Origin: Chthonomonadaceae bacterium
Lineage (GTDB): Bacteria > Armatimonadota > Chthonomonadetes > Chthonomonadales > Chthonomonadaceae
Reading direction: 5' to 3'
Length of the DNA: 46,423 nucleotides
NCBI GenBank assembly: GCA_035650735.1
Contig: DASRGZ010000031.1
Span: forward strand, 1-46,423
Shown here: positions 1 to 7,966 of the stretch, piece by piece
Layout of the letters: each line of letters opens with the position of its first letter
Numbering within the stretch: position 1 is the first letter of the stretch
Notes under the pieces: model-generated
Seen by the model: the letters and a program-made list of their open reading frames with translations, nothing else
What the model was told of the DNA's origin: nothing
Databases searched by the model: none
Made by a program: the position numbers and the translations under genes

Positions 1-2
1 CA

Positions 3-142
3 CGCCGGGGGGTGAAAACCCCCGTCTGGAGGGCCTACGGCCAGGCGTCCTGGCGGACGCAAAGCCAAGCCGGGTGGTTTCCGTCCGGCAGGACGGTTGG
101 CGGCAGAGCCGCCCTCCAGCCGGGTACTTTCCGTGCCCGGCG
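3..142. repeat. REP-like inverted pair of palindromic units
   Basis: 3-34 CGCCGGGGGGTGAAAACCCCCGTCTGGAGGGC is an imperfect reverse complement of 111-142 GCCCTCCAGCCGGGTACTTTCCGTGCCCGGCG; internal small hairpins. Confidence 0.7.
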
Positions 143-201
143 AGGACCGGGAGGGCAACCCTTACTGAGGCAGATTAGACCTCAGAAGGACAACGCGAGT
201 A

Positions 202-716
202 TTAAGGACGGATGCCGGGTATGTCGGGTATGTTAAGTCGTATCCGGTAAAGGCCGGTACGCGCCGTCAGGTAGAGCGTCTTGCCGTCCGCATCGCCCCA
301 GGCCATATTGGCGGGCAGTTGGGGCGCCCTGATCGTGCCGGGAGGCTTTCCCTCGGCGAAGAGAATCCAGACTCCGCCCGGCCCGGAGACATAGAGGTTG
401 CCCTGCCGATCTACCTTCATGCCGTCGAGCGCCTCTTTCTCCGGCGCGCGGCCCATATCGAAGAACACCTTCCCATTTTTCAGGCTTCCATCCGGGGCCA
501 CCTCATACCGCATGACGATCTTCTTCTTGTCGGCTATGCTCTCGTTCGACCGGAGCCTTTCGTCCCAATTGGTGACGTAGAGGTACTTCTCATCGGGAGA
601 GAAGGCCAGCCCGTTCGGGCCGCCCAGGTCTTTGGTCAGCAGCGTGAGCTTGCCGTCCTTGAGCCTGTAGACGCCGCGAGTGTCGTCATGGTAAAGAAAA
701 GCATTCTGGCGATCAT
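202..716 (-). pseudogene. SMP-30/gluconolactonase family, internally deleted
   Basis: RBS plus ATG(716) gives signal-like MIARMLFFTMTTLAA, joined out of frame near 672-678 to GVYRLKDGKL..PNGLAFSPDEKYLYV..DGMKVDRQGNLYV..NMAWG; the N-terminal propeller half is missing. Confidence 0.8.
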
Positions 717-734
717 CGCTATCCCTCCCTCGTG

Positions 735-1614
735 CTACCGCACCTTGACGACGTAGTAAGCGACAGGCGCATTGACCTCCTGAAACCAGTGAGGCACGTC
801 CGCAGGGACGATGATGACGTCGCCTTTGACCAGGTGGCGGCTCTCGCCGTTGCGGATGGAGGCCCCTCGAATCTCGTCGGGTGCAATGTTCTTGCCATCT
901 ACCATGGTCCCGCCCGTGACGAAGGTACCGGAGCCTTCCATCACGTAGATGAGATCAGTATCGAGAGTATGGACCTCCGCCATTCCGGCTTTGTCGCGGC
1001 GGCTGGCATGGATCATATAGTTCCGGCTACCGCCCCGTCGAACAGGACCGCTCCCTTCGCAAAGGCTGCCGCCACCGTATCTTTATCAAAGTAGGTGACC
1101 GGCAGAGAGGAAGATTCGGTGCTGCTCGCCGACGCGCTGGAGAAGGCGCTGGCGCCTGCCTCGGCGATCTCCTCGTCTTGATCGGCACTGGCCGCGCCGC
1201 TAACGCCGATGGCGCCGACAATCTGCCCGTCTATCAGAATGGGGACGCCGCCCTGGAGGGGCGTGAAGTCGTTCAGGGCGACCATGGCCGTGCGTCCCTT
1301 CTTGATGACCTCCTCCAAGAATTTGGTCGGACGCTTGAACAGCGCTGCCGTGCGCGCCTTGCCAATGGAGATGTTGGCGCCGGCGGCGAATGTGTTATCC
1401 AGCCGCTCCAGGTGCATCAGGTTGCCGCCATCGTCTACGATAGCGATGACGCCGGTGGTATGGTACTTCTTTGCCAGGGCCGTAGCCGTAGCCATAACCT
1501 TCTTCGCGCCGTCCAGCGTCAACCTTTTTTCTCGGTAATCGGAGATTGGGCCAGCGCCGAGCCAGCCAGAGCCGAAAACGCCAGGGCAGTTATCCAATAG
1601 CGGATGGGTTTCAT
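735..1614 (-). pseudogene. Secreted GlcG/HbpS heme-binding protein fused to a cupin domain, with two frameshifts
   Basis: AAAGGAGG RBS, ATG 1614, signal peptide MKPIRYWITALAFSALAGSALAQ; -1 shift at T6 run 1525-1530 into the GlcG body (IAIVDDGG..KARTA..GGVP..GAIGVSG..DEEIA); -1 shift at C4 run 1033-1036 into the cupin (RNYMIHASRR..EVH..TD..YV.EG.G..GD..IVPADVPHWF). Confidence 0.8.
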
Positions 1615-1730
1615 TTGCGATTCCTCCTTTGAATGCGGAGCGCTGGCAAGCAGCGTTGCTTTGTCGGGCCGCCTTCAGGAACGCTTGCCGGTATCGGCGC
1701 GGCCAGCCAGCGCCCTTCCGAAAGACCGGT

Positions 1731-2141
1731 CTACTTTATCGGGTGATCGAACGATGCCTTGCCGAGAAGCGCCTCCGCCCAGGCGCACCATATCTGCACT
1801 TTGGCAATATCGTGGATGTAGGTCGGCAGCGTGATCTGCCGATGTACCTTGTCGCCTTTGATTTTGAGGCTTTCGAGCAGGTAGGTGTTGCCCAGAGAAT
1901 CCATGATCTGCCAGTGGGGAGCGGGCGCATCCGGCACCTGAAAATCATCGCTGAGTGTCAGGATGTGCTGGTTGCCCTGCTGCGAGTGGGTCACGGTTCC
2001 GGTGTTGGCTTTGACGCCCATAAAGGGCTTGCTCGTGTGCTCGTTGCCCGCAAAGCTGGGAGCGCCTGTCGCAAGCAAGATCACGGCGAGCAGGCCAAGC
2101 AACCGGGACATACGTACGCCGAGGGGACTTTGCCGATGCAT
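1731..2141 (-). CDS. Secreted protein, DM13-like domain
   Basis: AAAGGAGG RBS; signal peptide; LTLSDDFQVPDAP and VQIWCAWAEALLG resemble DM13 motifs. Confidence 0.65.
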   Translation of the reverse strand: MHRQSPLGVRMSRLLGLLAVILLATGAPSFAGNEHTSKPFMGVKANTGTVTHSQQGNQHILTLSDDFQVPDAPAPHWQIMDSLGNTYLLESLKIKGDKVHRQITLPTYIHDIAKVQIWCAWAEALLGKASFDHPIK

Positions 2142-2332
2142 GGGTATTTCCTCCTTTGAACGCGAATGTTGGGCTGCGATACTGTTTTGCCCTCGGTCTC
2201 TTGTAATGCCGGTTTCGCGGAAACGGTTCCCACTTGTTTCTTTTCACAAGGAGAGGGGCAGGGGGTGAGAGCAGTCGCCGCAGGGCATTGCAAGGGGGAG
2301 TCGGAGGTCGGCAGAGGAGGAAGGAATGCGAG

Positions 2333-3547
2333 CTATGGCTGGGCTGTGAGGCTTGCCTGCCCTGCTCCCAACGCACTATCAGGGGCGGCAGAGGAGGGGC
2401 TCTCTGTTTCTATGGAGGGTATGGCGAGGCGCTTTTCCGCCTGTGCCAGCGCCGCCTGCACGCGAGGGTCCTGCGGCGCGCGCTGGGCGGCATAACGCAG
2501 ATACCGCGCCGCCATCTCTGGCTCGTCCCGCGCCAGCAGGGTTTGCCCGAGAGCCAGAAGGGTAGGAATATTCTCTCGGTCCGTCTGGAACTGCTTTAGC
2601 AGCGTCTCCTGGCGTGCCGCCAGCTCGCTCTCCCGCTGGAACTCCTGCTGAAAGTGGGCTGACTGGGCGCGAAGGCCGAGGGCGGCATAGAGCCGGGCCA
2701 GCAGGTAGAGTGCGCGCGGATAGTGCTTGCGTCCTGTGGCCTTTCTGGCAAAGGGGAGGGCCTGTTGCAAGCGGCGTTGGTTGAAGTAAAGCTGCGCTAA
2801 CTCGTAATTGGCCTCCGGGTAGTCCGGCCTGAGCGTCAGGGCGCGCCGGAGGTTCTGTTCCGCAAGCCGCGCGTTTTCCGGGGAGGGGGCAAGGCGCGCA
2901 TAGGCAGAACCCAACCAGCGAAAGAGCTCGGGGCGTGCCGGGTCCTTATCTACGATGGCGCGCAGCACCTGTACTGCCTGGCCGGGGTTGCCGCTCAGGA
3001 CCAGCACGCGTCCATAAGCCAGTTGCACGCGCGGCCTGTCGGGATAGGCCCGGGCCGCCCACGCCAGATGCTCCAGCGCCGCCTTTGCCGCAGATTTACG
3101 CTCGTAGAGCAGCCCTGCCAGCAGATGGGCGCGTGCGCAGTTCGGGTTGAGCTTCAGCTCCTGCTCCGCGTCGCGCAGCGCGGAGACCTGCAATCCGGCC
3201 CGCACTTCGGCATCAGCCAGATGGCACCAGGCGTGCTCTGGTTTGGCGGCGCGCGTCAGATAGTCTTTCCAGTACTGGATGGAGGTTTCCAGATCCCCAC
3301 GAGCCTCCGCAAGCTCGGCTCGCGCGCGATAGGGAGGGGCAAATGCAGGATCAAGACGAATGGCCTCGCCATACACGTCCCAGGCATCGGATGTCATCCC
3401 GGCAGCAGCCAACATCTTGCCGCGCGCATACGCGGCAGCGGCGGGCGCAGGCCGCGCTCGCCACCAGAAGATAAGGGCCGCCACGCCCCCGACGACGAGC
3501 GCGCCGAGGACAAGGCGGCCTGAAAAACGACGCAGAAACCGTATCAT
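2333..3547 (-). CDS. Membrane-anchored tetratricopeptide repeat protein
   Basis: N-terminal TM helix; repeated TPR motifs (AIRLDPAFAPPY, LKLNPNCARAH, ALTLRPDYPEANYELA). Confidence 0.85.
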   Translation of the reverse strand: MIRFLRRFSGRLVLGALVVGGVAALIFWWRARPAPAAAAYARGKMLAAAGMTSDAWDVYGEAIRLDPAFAPPYRARAELAEARGDLETSIQYWKDYLTRAAKPEHAWCHLADAEVRAGLQVSALRDAEQELKLNPNCARAHLLAGLLYERKSAAKAALEHLAWAARAYPDRPRVQLAYGRVLVLSGNPGQAVQVLRAIVDKDPARPELFRWLGSAYARLAPSPENARLAEQNLRRALTLRPDYPEANYELAQLYFNQRRLQQALPFARKATGRKHYPRALYLLARLYAALGLRAQSAHFQQEFQRESELAARQETLLKQFQTDRENIPTLLALGQTLLARDEPEMAARYLRYAAQRAPQDPRVQAALAQAEKRLAIPSIETESPSSAAPDSALGAGQASLTAQP

Positions 3548-3645
3548 TACCTGTTTGCTTGCTTAACTCCGCGTCCGGGCTTCGAGCCGGACGCTCGATC
3601 AGGGGGCCAATGGTTCGGACGGTGTCTCATCGATCCCCTGACCCG

Positions 3646-4532
3646 TCACTTGTAGAAGTCGCAGATGTTATCGGAGTTGTCGTCCTCATCCATCCACCAA
3701 CTCCAGTTCCAGGCGTTCGCGTCGGGCTGGCTGCCATCTTCGACAATGCCGATATTGTTGTAGGTGCCGGCGGTGTACCGGGGTCCCTTGCGCGCGCTGA
3801 TGGTCCTGGATGCTTTCGAGCGGGCCATGAACCGCCGGCGGTGTACCGGGGTCCCTTGCGCGCCAGAATGGGCACCAGCTTGGACGCCTTGGCGTGGCCG
3901 TCGAAGAACGCCCAGTTCATCAGACCGCCCTTGCCGCGGTGCAGGTTCAGGGCCTGCTGCCCGCACGAGCCGACGTTCTTCCACACGGACCAGTCCGCCT
4001 GGTCGTTGCAGGCTGCCGTAGACTCCATCAGCATGACATCTTCCGCCGGGTGGTGCAGCGCCGCCAGGTCAATGCCGCGATTGGGTACGGGGGCTTGCAG
4101 GAACCACTCAATCGTGCCGTTGACCGAATAGGAGACTTTGAAGTTCTTGTCCGCCTCTTCGGTCGAGAGGTCGCGGTTCGGATTGGAGGGGCACTGCCAG
4201 ATCTGGTAGTTCTTGATATAGGGATAGGTGGCCGAGCGCCAGCCGGTAATGGGCGGATCGCTGGCGTTATCCGATTTGCAACAGCCGGGGCACTCTCCGG
4301 TCGTCGGGTTGAAGCCGGTCATGCGGGTCGGCGCATACTTCTCATCGGCGTCCTGAGCGTACATTGCCATGGCCGTACCTAGCTGCCGCATGTTGCTCAG
4401 GCAGGCTGCCGCGCGGGCCGACTCACGCGCTTGGGCAAAGACCGGGAAGAGGATGGCGGCCAGAATCGCGATAATAGCGATGACGACGAGCAACTCGATC
4501 AGGGTAAAGCCCTGGGGCTTACCGCGTTGCAT
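3646..4532 (-). pseudogene. Prepilin-type N-terminal methylation / H-X9-DG (DUF1559-like) protein, frameshifted by a 68-bp insertion
   Basis: RBS plus ATG 4532; [47 protein letters not shown]. Removing 68 bp restores a 272-aa ORF ending ..DNICDFYK at stop 3646. Confidence 0.85.
3766..3863. repeat. Perfect 30-bp direct repeat flanking a 38-bp unique insert
   Basis: GCCGGCGGTGTACCGGGGTCCCTTGCGCGC at 3766-3795 and 3834-3863; insert at 3796-3833. Confidence 0.95.
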
Positions 4533-4649
4533 GGACAGTTCCTCCTTACAGGAATAGGGTATCAACGGCTACAGATAAGACACAAAGGCAACGCACGGCG
4601 GGCGCGCTGCCGGAAAAGCCAGGCGCACGAGCCGCCGCGGTGCGCGCGG

Positions 4650-4904
4650 CTAGGGACCGCCCGCACCGCCTCCCTGCGCGCCGGAGGGCGGGGCCATCCC
4701 ACGCATCCGCATGGCGGCGGGGGGCATATTGGTCGGCGGGGGGCCTTGCATCTTCCCGGTTGTCGGCGGCAGCGGAGTTGCCGGAGTTGGCACGCCGGTA
4801 TCGGTACGCATACTCCGGGCAATGCTGAAAATAAGGATCGCGATAGCCACGATCACCACGCCGACGATGACAGGGACAGGAATATTCTTCACGAGTCGCT
4901 TCAT
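4650..4904 (-). CDS. Small single-TM protein with Pro/Gly-rich tail
   Basis: GAGGAG RBS; hydrophobic IPVPVIVGVVIVAIAILIF; located in the prepilin operon. Confidence 0.75.
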   Translation of the reverse strand: MKRLVKNIPVPVIVGVVIVAIAILIFSIARSMRTDTGVPTPATPLPPTTGKMQGPPPTNMPPAAMRMRGMAPPSGAQGGGAGGP

Positions 4905-5035
4905 CTCCTCACCCGGCTAGCCCTCCGCAGGCGGGGACCGGAAACCGAGTGCTTTCTATTCAGGCGCTCGCCGAGAGGGCGCAGGTCGTGCAGGCTGCTG
5001 CCCGCACGCGGAGGCCGGAACTCAGGCTCTCTATT

Positions 5036-5305
5036 CTATTTATGGGCGTCCTTGTCCCCGGCTTCCGAGGTTTTAGCCTTCTCGGTAGCATGAGCGCCTT
5101 CGGAGGTAGGACTCTGCCTGGAGGACGGCTTCGGCTTTACTGCCGGGGTCTTTTTGGCTGCCGCCGTTGGGATACGCATGGGCATCACCTCGGGAAGGCG
5201 GTTCCATTTCGGCGCCTCGGACTGATACCACATCACGGCAAAGATCGCGCCAACGGCTGCCAGAACGACCAGGACACTCCAGATGGGGCTGATCTTCTTG
5301 TTCAC
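5036..5305 (-). CDS. Small single-TM protein
   Basis: GGAGGAAGGAG RBS before GTG 5305; NKKISPIWSVLVVLAAVGAIFAVMW TM followed by a Pro/Lys-rich tail. Confidence 0.7.
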   Translation of the reverse strand: MNKKISPIWSVLVVLAAVGAIFAVMWYQSEAPKWNRLPEVMPMRIPTAAAKKTPAVKPKPSSRQSPTSEGAHATEKAKTSEAGDKDAHK

Positions 5306-5553
5306 GGTTTCTCCTTCCTCCATTCCAGGCTGAGCGCGACGACAGCCGGAGCGGTACGCCGCTCCGCCTCCTGCGCCTGATCCGTGCGGGCAGAGGCTTC
5401 GGCAAGCTTACACACGTAGCGTTCCGATTGCAGGGCGATTTGGCGGGGAGACTTACGAAGAGGCAGGGCCGGGTCGGGACGCTCCAGGAAATCCAAGTCA
5501 TTCTCTATGCTTATGACGTCGTAGGCGGCGTGAAGTTTCGCACAGGAGGCCAT
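5302..5553 (-). CDS. Candidate leaderless 83-aa hypothetical protein
   Basis: ATG 9 nt downstream of a consensus -10; stop overlaps the next start (GTGA); no recognisable motif. Confidence 0.35.
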   Translation of the reverse strand: MASCAKLHAAYDVISIENDLDFLERPDPALPLRKSPRQIALQSERYVCKLAEASARTDQAQEAERRTAPAVVALSLEWRKEKP

Positions 5554-5561
5554 TTCGTTTC

Positions 5562-5590
5562 ATTATAGGGCAGAACAGGCCGTTTGTCAA
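5562..5590 (-). promoter_or_regulatory. Consensus sigma70 promoter
   Basis: Minus strand TTGACA(5590-5585)-17 nt-TATAAT(5567-5562). Confidence 0.8.
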
Positions 5591-5721
5591 ACGCTTTTGC
5601 AGGCCAAGAACGTATCCAGGGTCCTTTCGTTTTCCGGCACTTCTGCGGACGCCAAAAACGGAATGACCTGAAAGCATTTAGGGGCGGGAGGAAACACGGC
5701 GCTTCCTTGCGAACTTGTCTG

Positions 5722-5756
5722 CGACTATCCTGCATCGAACGACTATCCTGCATCGA
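5722..5756. repeat. Tandem duplication, 17 bp x2
   Basis: CGACTATCCTGCATCGA at 5722-5738 and 5740-5756. Confidence 0.9.
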
Positions 5757-5767
5757 GGTTACGCTGC

Positions 5768-7777
5768 TTGATACCAGGCCTACGGCAGTCCGGAGAGGCG
5801 GCCTCCCCACAACAGGAAGCTTCCGGGCCTCCCATTCCCCAGGCGCGCACGCGCATGGTGACAGCACGCGCTGTCGGTATTGCGCTGGTGCTGATGCCCT
5901 TCAACGCCTACTGGATTATCCAGATGGAGGTGGTGCGCTACTCCGGGCATCCGACCACCATCTCGCTGTTTTTCAACGTCGTCTTTATCCTGGCCGCGCT
6001 GCTGGGGCTCAACGCGCTGATCGGGAAGCTCTGGCCGCGCCTGCGCCTGACGCCGGGCGAGCTGCTGACGGTCTATATACTGCTCTTTCTCTCCTCCGCC
6101 ATTACCGGGCACGACATGATCGAGGTGCTTCTGCCGATTATGGCGCACGCCCACTACTTTGCGCGTCCGGAGAACGGCTGGGCGACCGATATCCTCCCTT
6201 ATATTCCCCCCTGGCTCAGCGTCTCCGATCCGCAGGCGTTGGCCGAGTTCTATACCGGCACCGGCACGTTCTACAGCCTCCATAACCTGCGCGCCTGGGT
6301 CCAGCCCGTTCTCTGGTGGACGCTGCTGCTGACGCTCCTGGGCTTTCTGATGCTGTGCATCAATACCCTCCTGCGGCGGCAGTGGACGGAGAGCGAGAAG
6401 ATGGCCTATCCGCTGGTGGCCCTGCCGCTGGAGATGGTCAACCCGCGCACCCAACTTTTCAAAACGCGGCTGTTCTGGTGGGGCGTGGCCGTCTCCGGCG
6501 CGCTGGAGTTGTGGAACGGGTTGGCCTATCTCTACCCCTCGCTGCCCATGCTGCCCCTGAAACGCTTCGGCCCCATGCAGGACCTCCACACCTACCTGAC
6601 TTCGCCTCCCTGGAACGCCTTAAATGGCCTCTCCATGGCGCTCTATCCCTTCGGCATCGGGCTGGGGATGCTGCTGCCGGTGGACCTGCTGTTTTCCGCG
6701 TGGTTTTTTGCGTGGGTGTGGCAGTTGGAGCGGGTCGTCGGGGCGGCGTTCGGCTACATGGATGTGCCCGGATTCCCCTATACGGAGCCGCAATCGTTCG
6801 GAGCGTACATGGGCCTGGCCGCCTTTGCCCTCTGGGTCAGCCGCCGCCACTTCCTACGCATCTGGCGGGGCCTATGGAACCCACGCGCCGACCTGCACGA
6901 CGCCCATGAGCCGCTGCCCTATCGCTGGGCCGTCTTCGGGCTGGCGGCAGGCAGCCTGGCGATCTTTGTCTTCTGCCGCGCCGCCGGAATGTCGCCCGTG
7001 ATGATCATCGCCTTCTTTGTGATCTACTTCGGGCTGGCGATAGCCATCACCCGGATGCGCGCTGAGCTTGGCCCGCCCGCCCACGATCTGCACGTCTCCG
7101 GCCCCGACAGCATGATTCCTACCGTGATGCCGTCCAACCAGATCGCGCGGCCTGACCTGACGATGTTCTCCATGTTCTATGGCTTCAACCGGGCCTACCG
7201 CTCCCATCCCATGCCCGTGCAGTTGGAGGGCTTTAAGATCGCCGAGCGCGCCGGAGGGCGCTATCGTCCCCTCTTCTGGGCCATGCTGCTGACCATCGTC
7301 GTCGGGGCGCTGTGCGCCTTCTGGGCCGATCTCGACCAGAGCTACCGCTACGGCGCCGCCGAGAAGATCGCCCCGCCGAACGTACAGTTGATCTTCGGCA
7401 GTGAGCCCTGGAACCGGATGACCACCTGGATCAAATCGCCCACCTCGCCGCAAACCCAGTTCAACACGCGGGTCGCCATCGCGGTCGGTTTCTTTATCAC
7501 GCTGCTGCTAAACGCTCTGCGCGTGCGCCTGGCCTGGTTTCCGTTCCATCCGGTCGGCTATGCGGTCTCCAGCTCCTGGTCGCTGGGGCTGCTGTGGCTG
7601 CCGCTGTTTATCGCCTGGATAGTCAAGCTGGTGCTGCTGCGCTATGGGGGCTTGCGCGCCTACCGGCAGGCGCTGCCCTTCTTCCTGGGCCTCATCCTGG
7701 GCGAGTGCATTATCGGCAGCCTGTGGTCGCTGGTCGGCATTCTGCTGCATATCCCGACCTACGCCTTCTGGCCGTGA
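5768..7777 (+). CDS. Polytopic membrane protein, DUF6785/DUF6784-like (OPT-like putative transporter)
   Basis: About 15 TM segments; RRQW..EKMAYPL, ITRMRAELG, PFHPVGY, PFFLGLILGE; start uncertain (TTG 5768 or ATG 5855). Confidence 0.8.
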   Translation: MIPGLRQSGEAASPQQEASGPPIPQARTRMVTARAVGIALVLMPFNAYWIIQMEVVRYSGHPTTISLFFNVVFILAALLGLNALIGKLWPRLRLTPGELLTVYILLFLSSAITGHDMIEVLLPIMAHAHYFARPENGWATDILPYIPPWLSVSDPQALAEFYTGTGTFYSLHNLRAWVQPVLWWTLLLTLLGFLMLCINTLLRRQWTESEKMAYPLVALPLEMVNPRTQLFKTRLFWWGVAVSGALELWNGLAYLYPSLPMLPLKRFGPMQDLHTYLTSPPWNALNGLSMALYPFGIGLGMLLPVDLLFSAWFFAWVWQLERVVGAAFGYMDVPGFPYTEPQSFGAYMGLAAFALWVSRRHFLRIWRGLWNPRADLHDAHEPLPYRWAVFGLAAGSLAIFVFCRAAGMSPVMIIAFFVIYFGLAIAITRMRAELGPPAHDLHVSGPDSMIPTVMPSNQIARPDLTMFSMFYGFNRAYRSHPMPVQLEGFKIAERAGGRYRPLFWAMLLTIVVGALCAFWADLDQSYRYGAAEKIAPPNVQLIFGSEPWNRMTTWIKSPTSPQTQFNTRVAIAVGFFITLLLNALRVRLAWFPFHPVGYAVSSSWSLGLLWLPLFIAWIVKLVLLRYGGLRAYRQALPFFLGLILGECIIGSLWSLVGILLHIPTYAFWP

Positions 7778-7789
7778 TTAGCGTAAGGT

Positions 7790-7824
7790 TGCGCCCGGCC
7801 CTAAAGGAGTAGGCTGCGGACGGC
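7790..7824. repeat. Partial copy of REP family A
   Basis: TGCGCCCGGCCCTAAAGGA..GGCTGCGGACGGC matches the start of 22089-22293. Confidence 0.7.
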
Positions 7825-7966
7825 TAGCGCGCTCAGAAGGCAAAAACCAAGCCCATGCCGATAGCCACGACGGCGTGGCGGAACGAGAGAACGGCTTCGG
7901 TGGGGGCAGCGCGCGGTTGGGTTTCTGTCTGGAGAGGTGGGGCCGAATGGGGGCAGCCGGCATACT

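Noticed and set aside
1525..1532. Canonical A_AAA_AAG programmed -1 frameshift
   Set aside because: In the zero frame the codons are GAG AAA AAA GGT, not the X_XXY_YYZ phase required
3766..3863. Bona fide CRISPR array
   Set aside because: Only two repeats, the repeat is host coding sequence, and there is no leader or cas gene; reported as an insertion scar instead
3627..4565. 312-aa ORF as the intact prepilin protein
   Set aside because: The C-terminal ~70 aa are the out-of-frame product of the 68-bp insertion; the real C-terminus is in the frame ending at 3646
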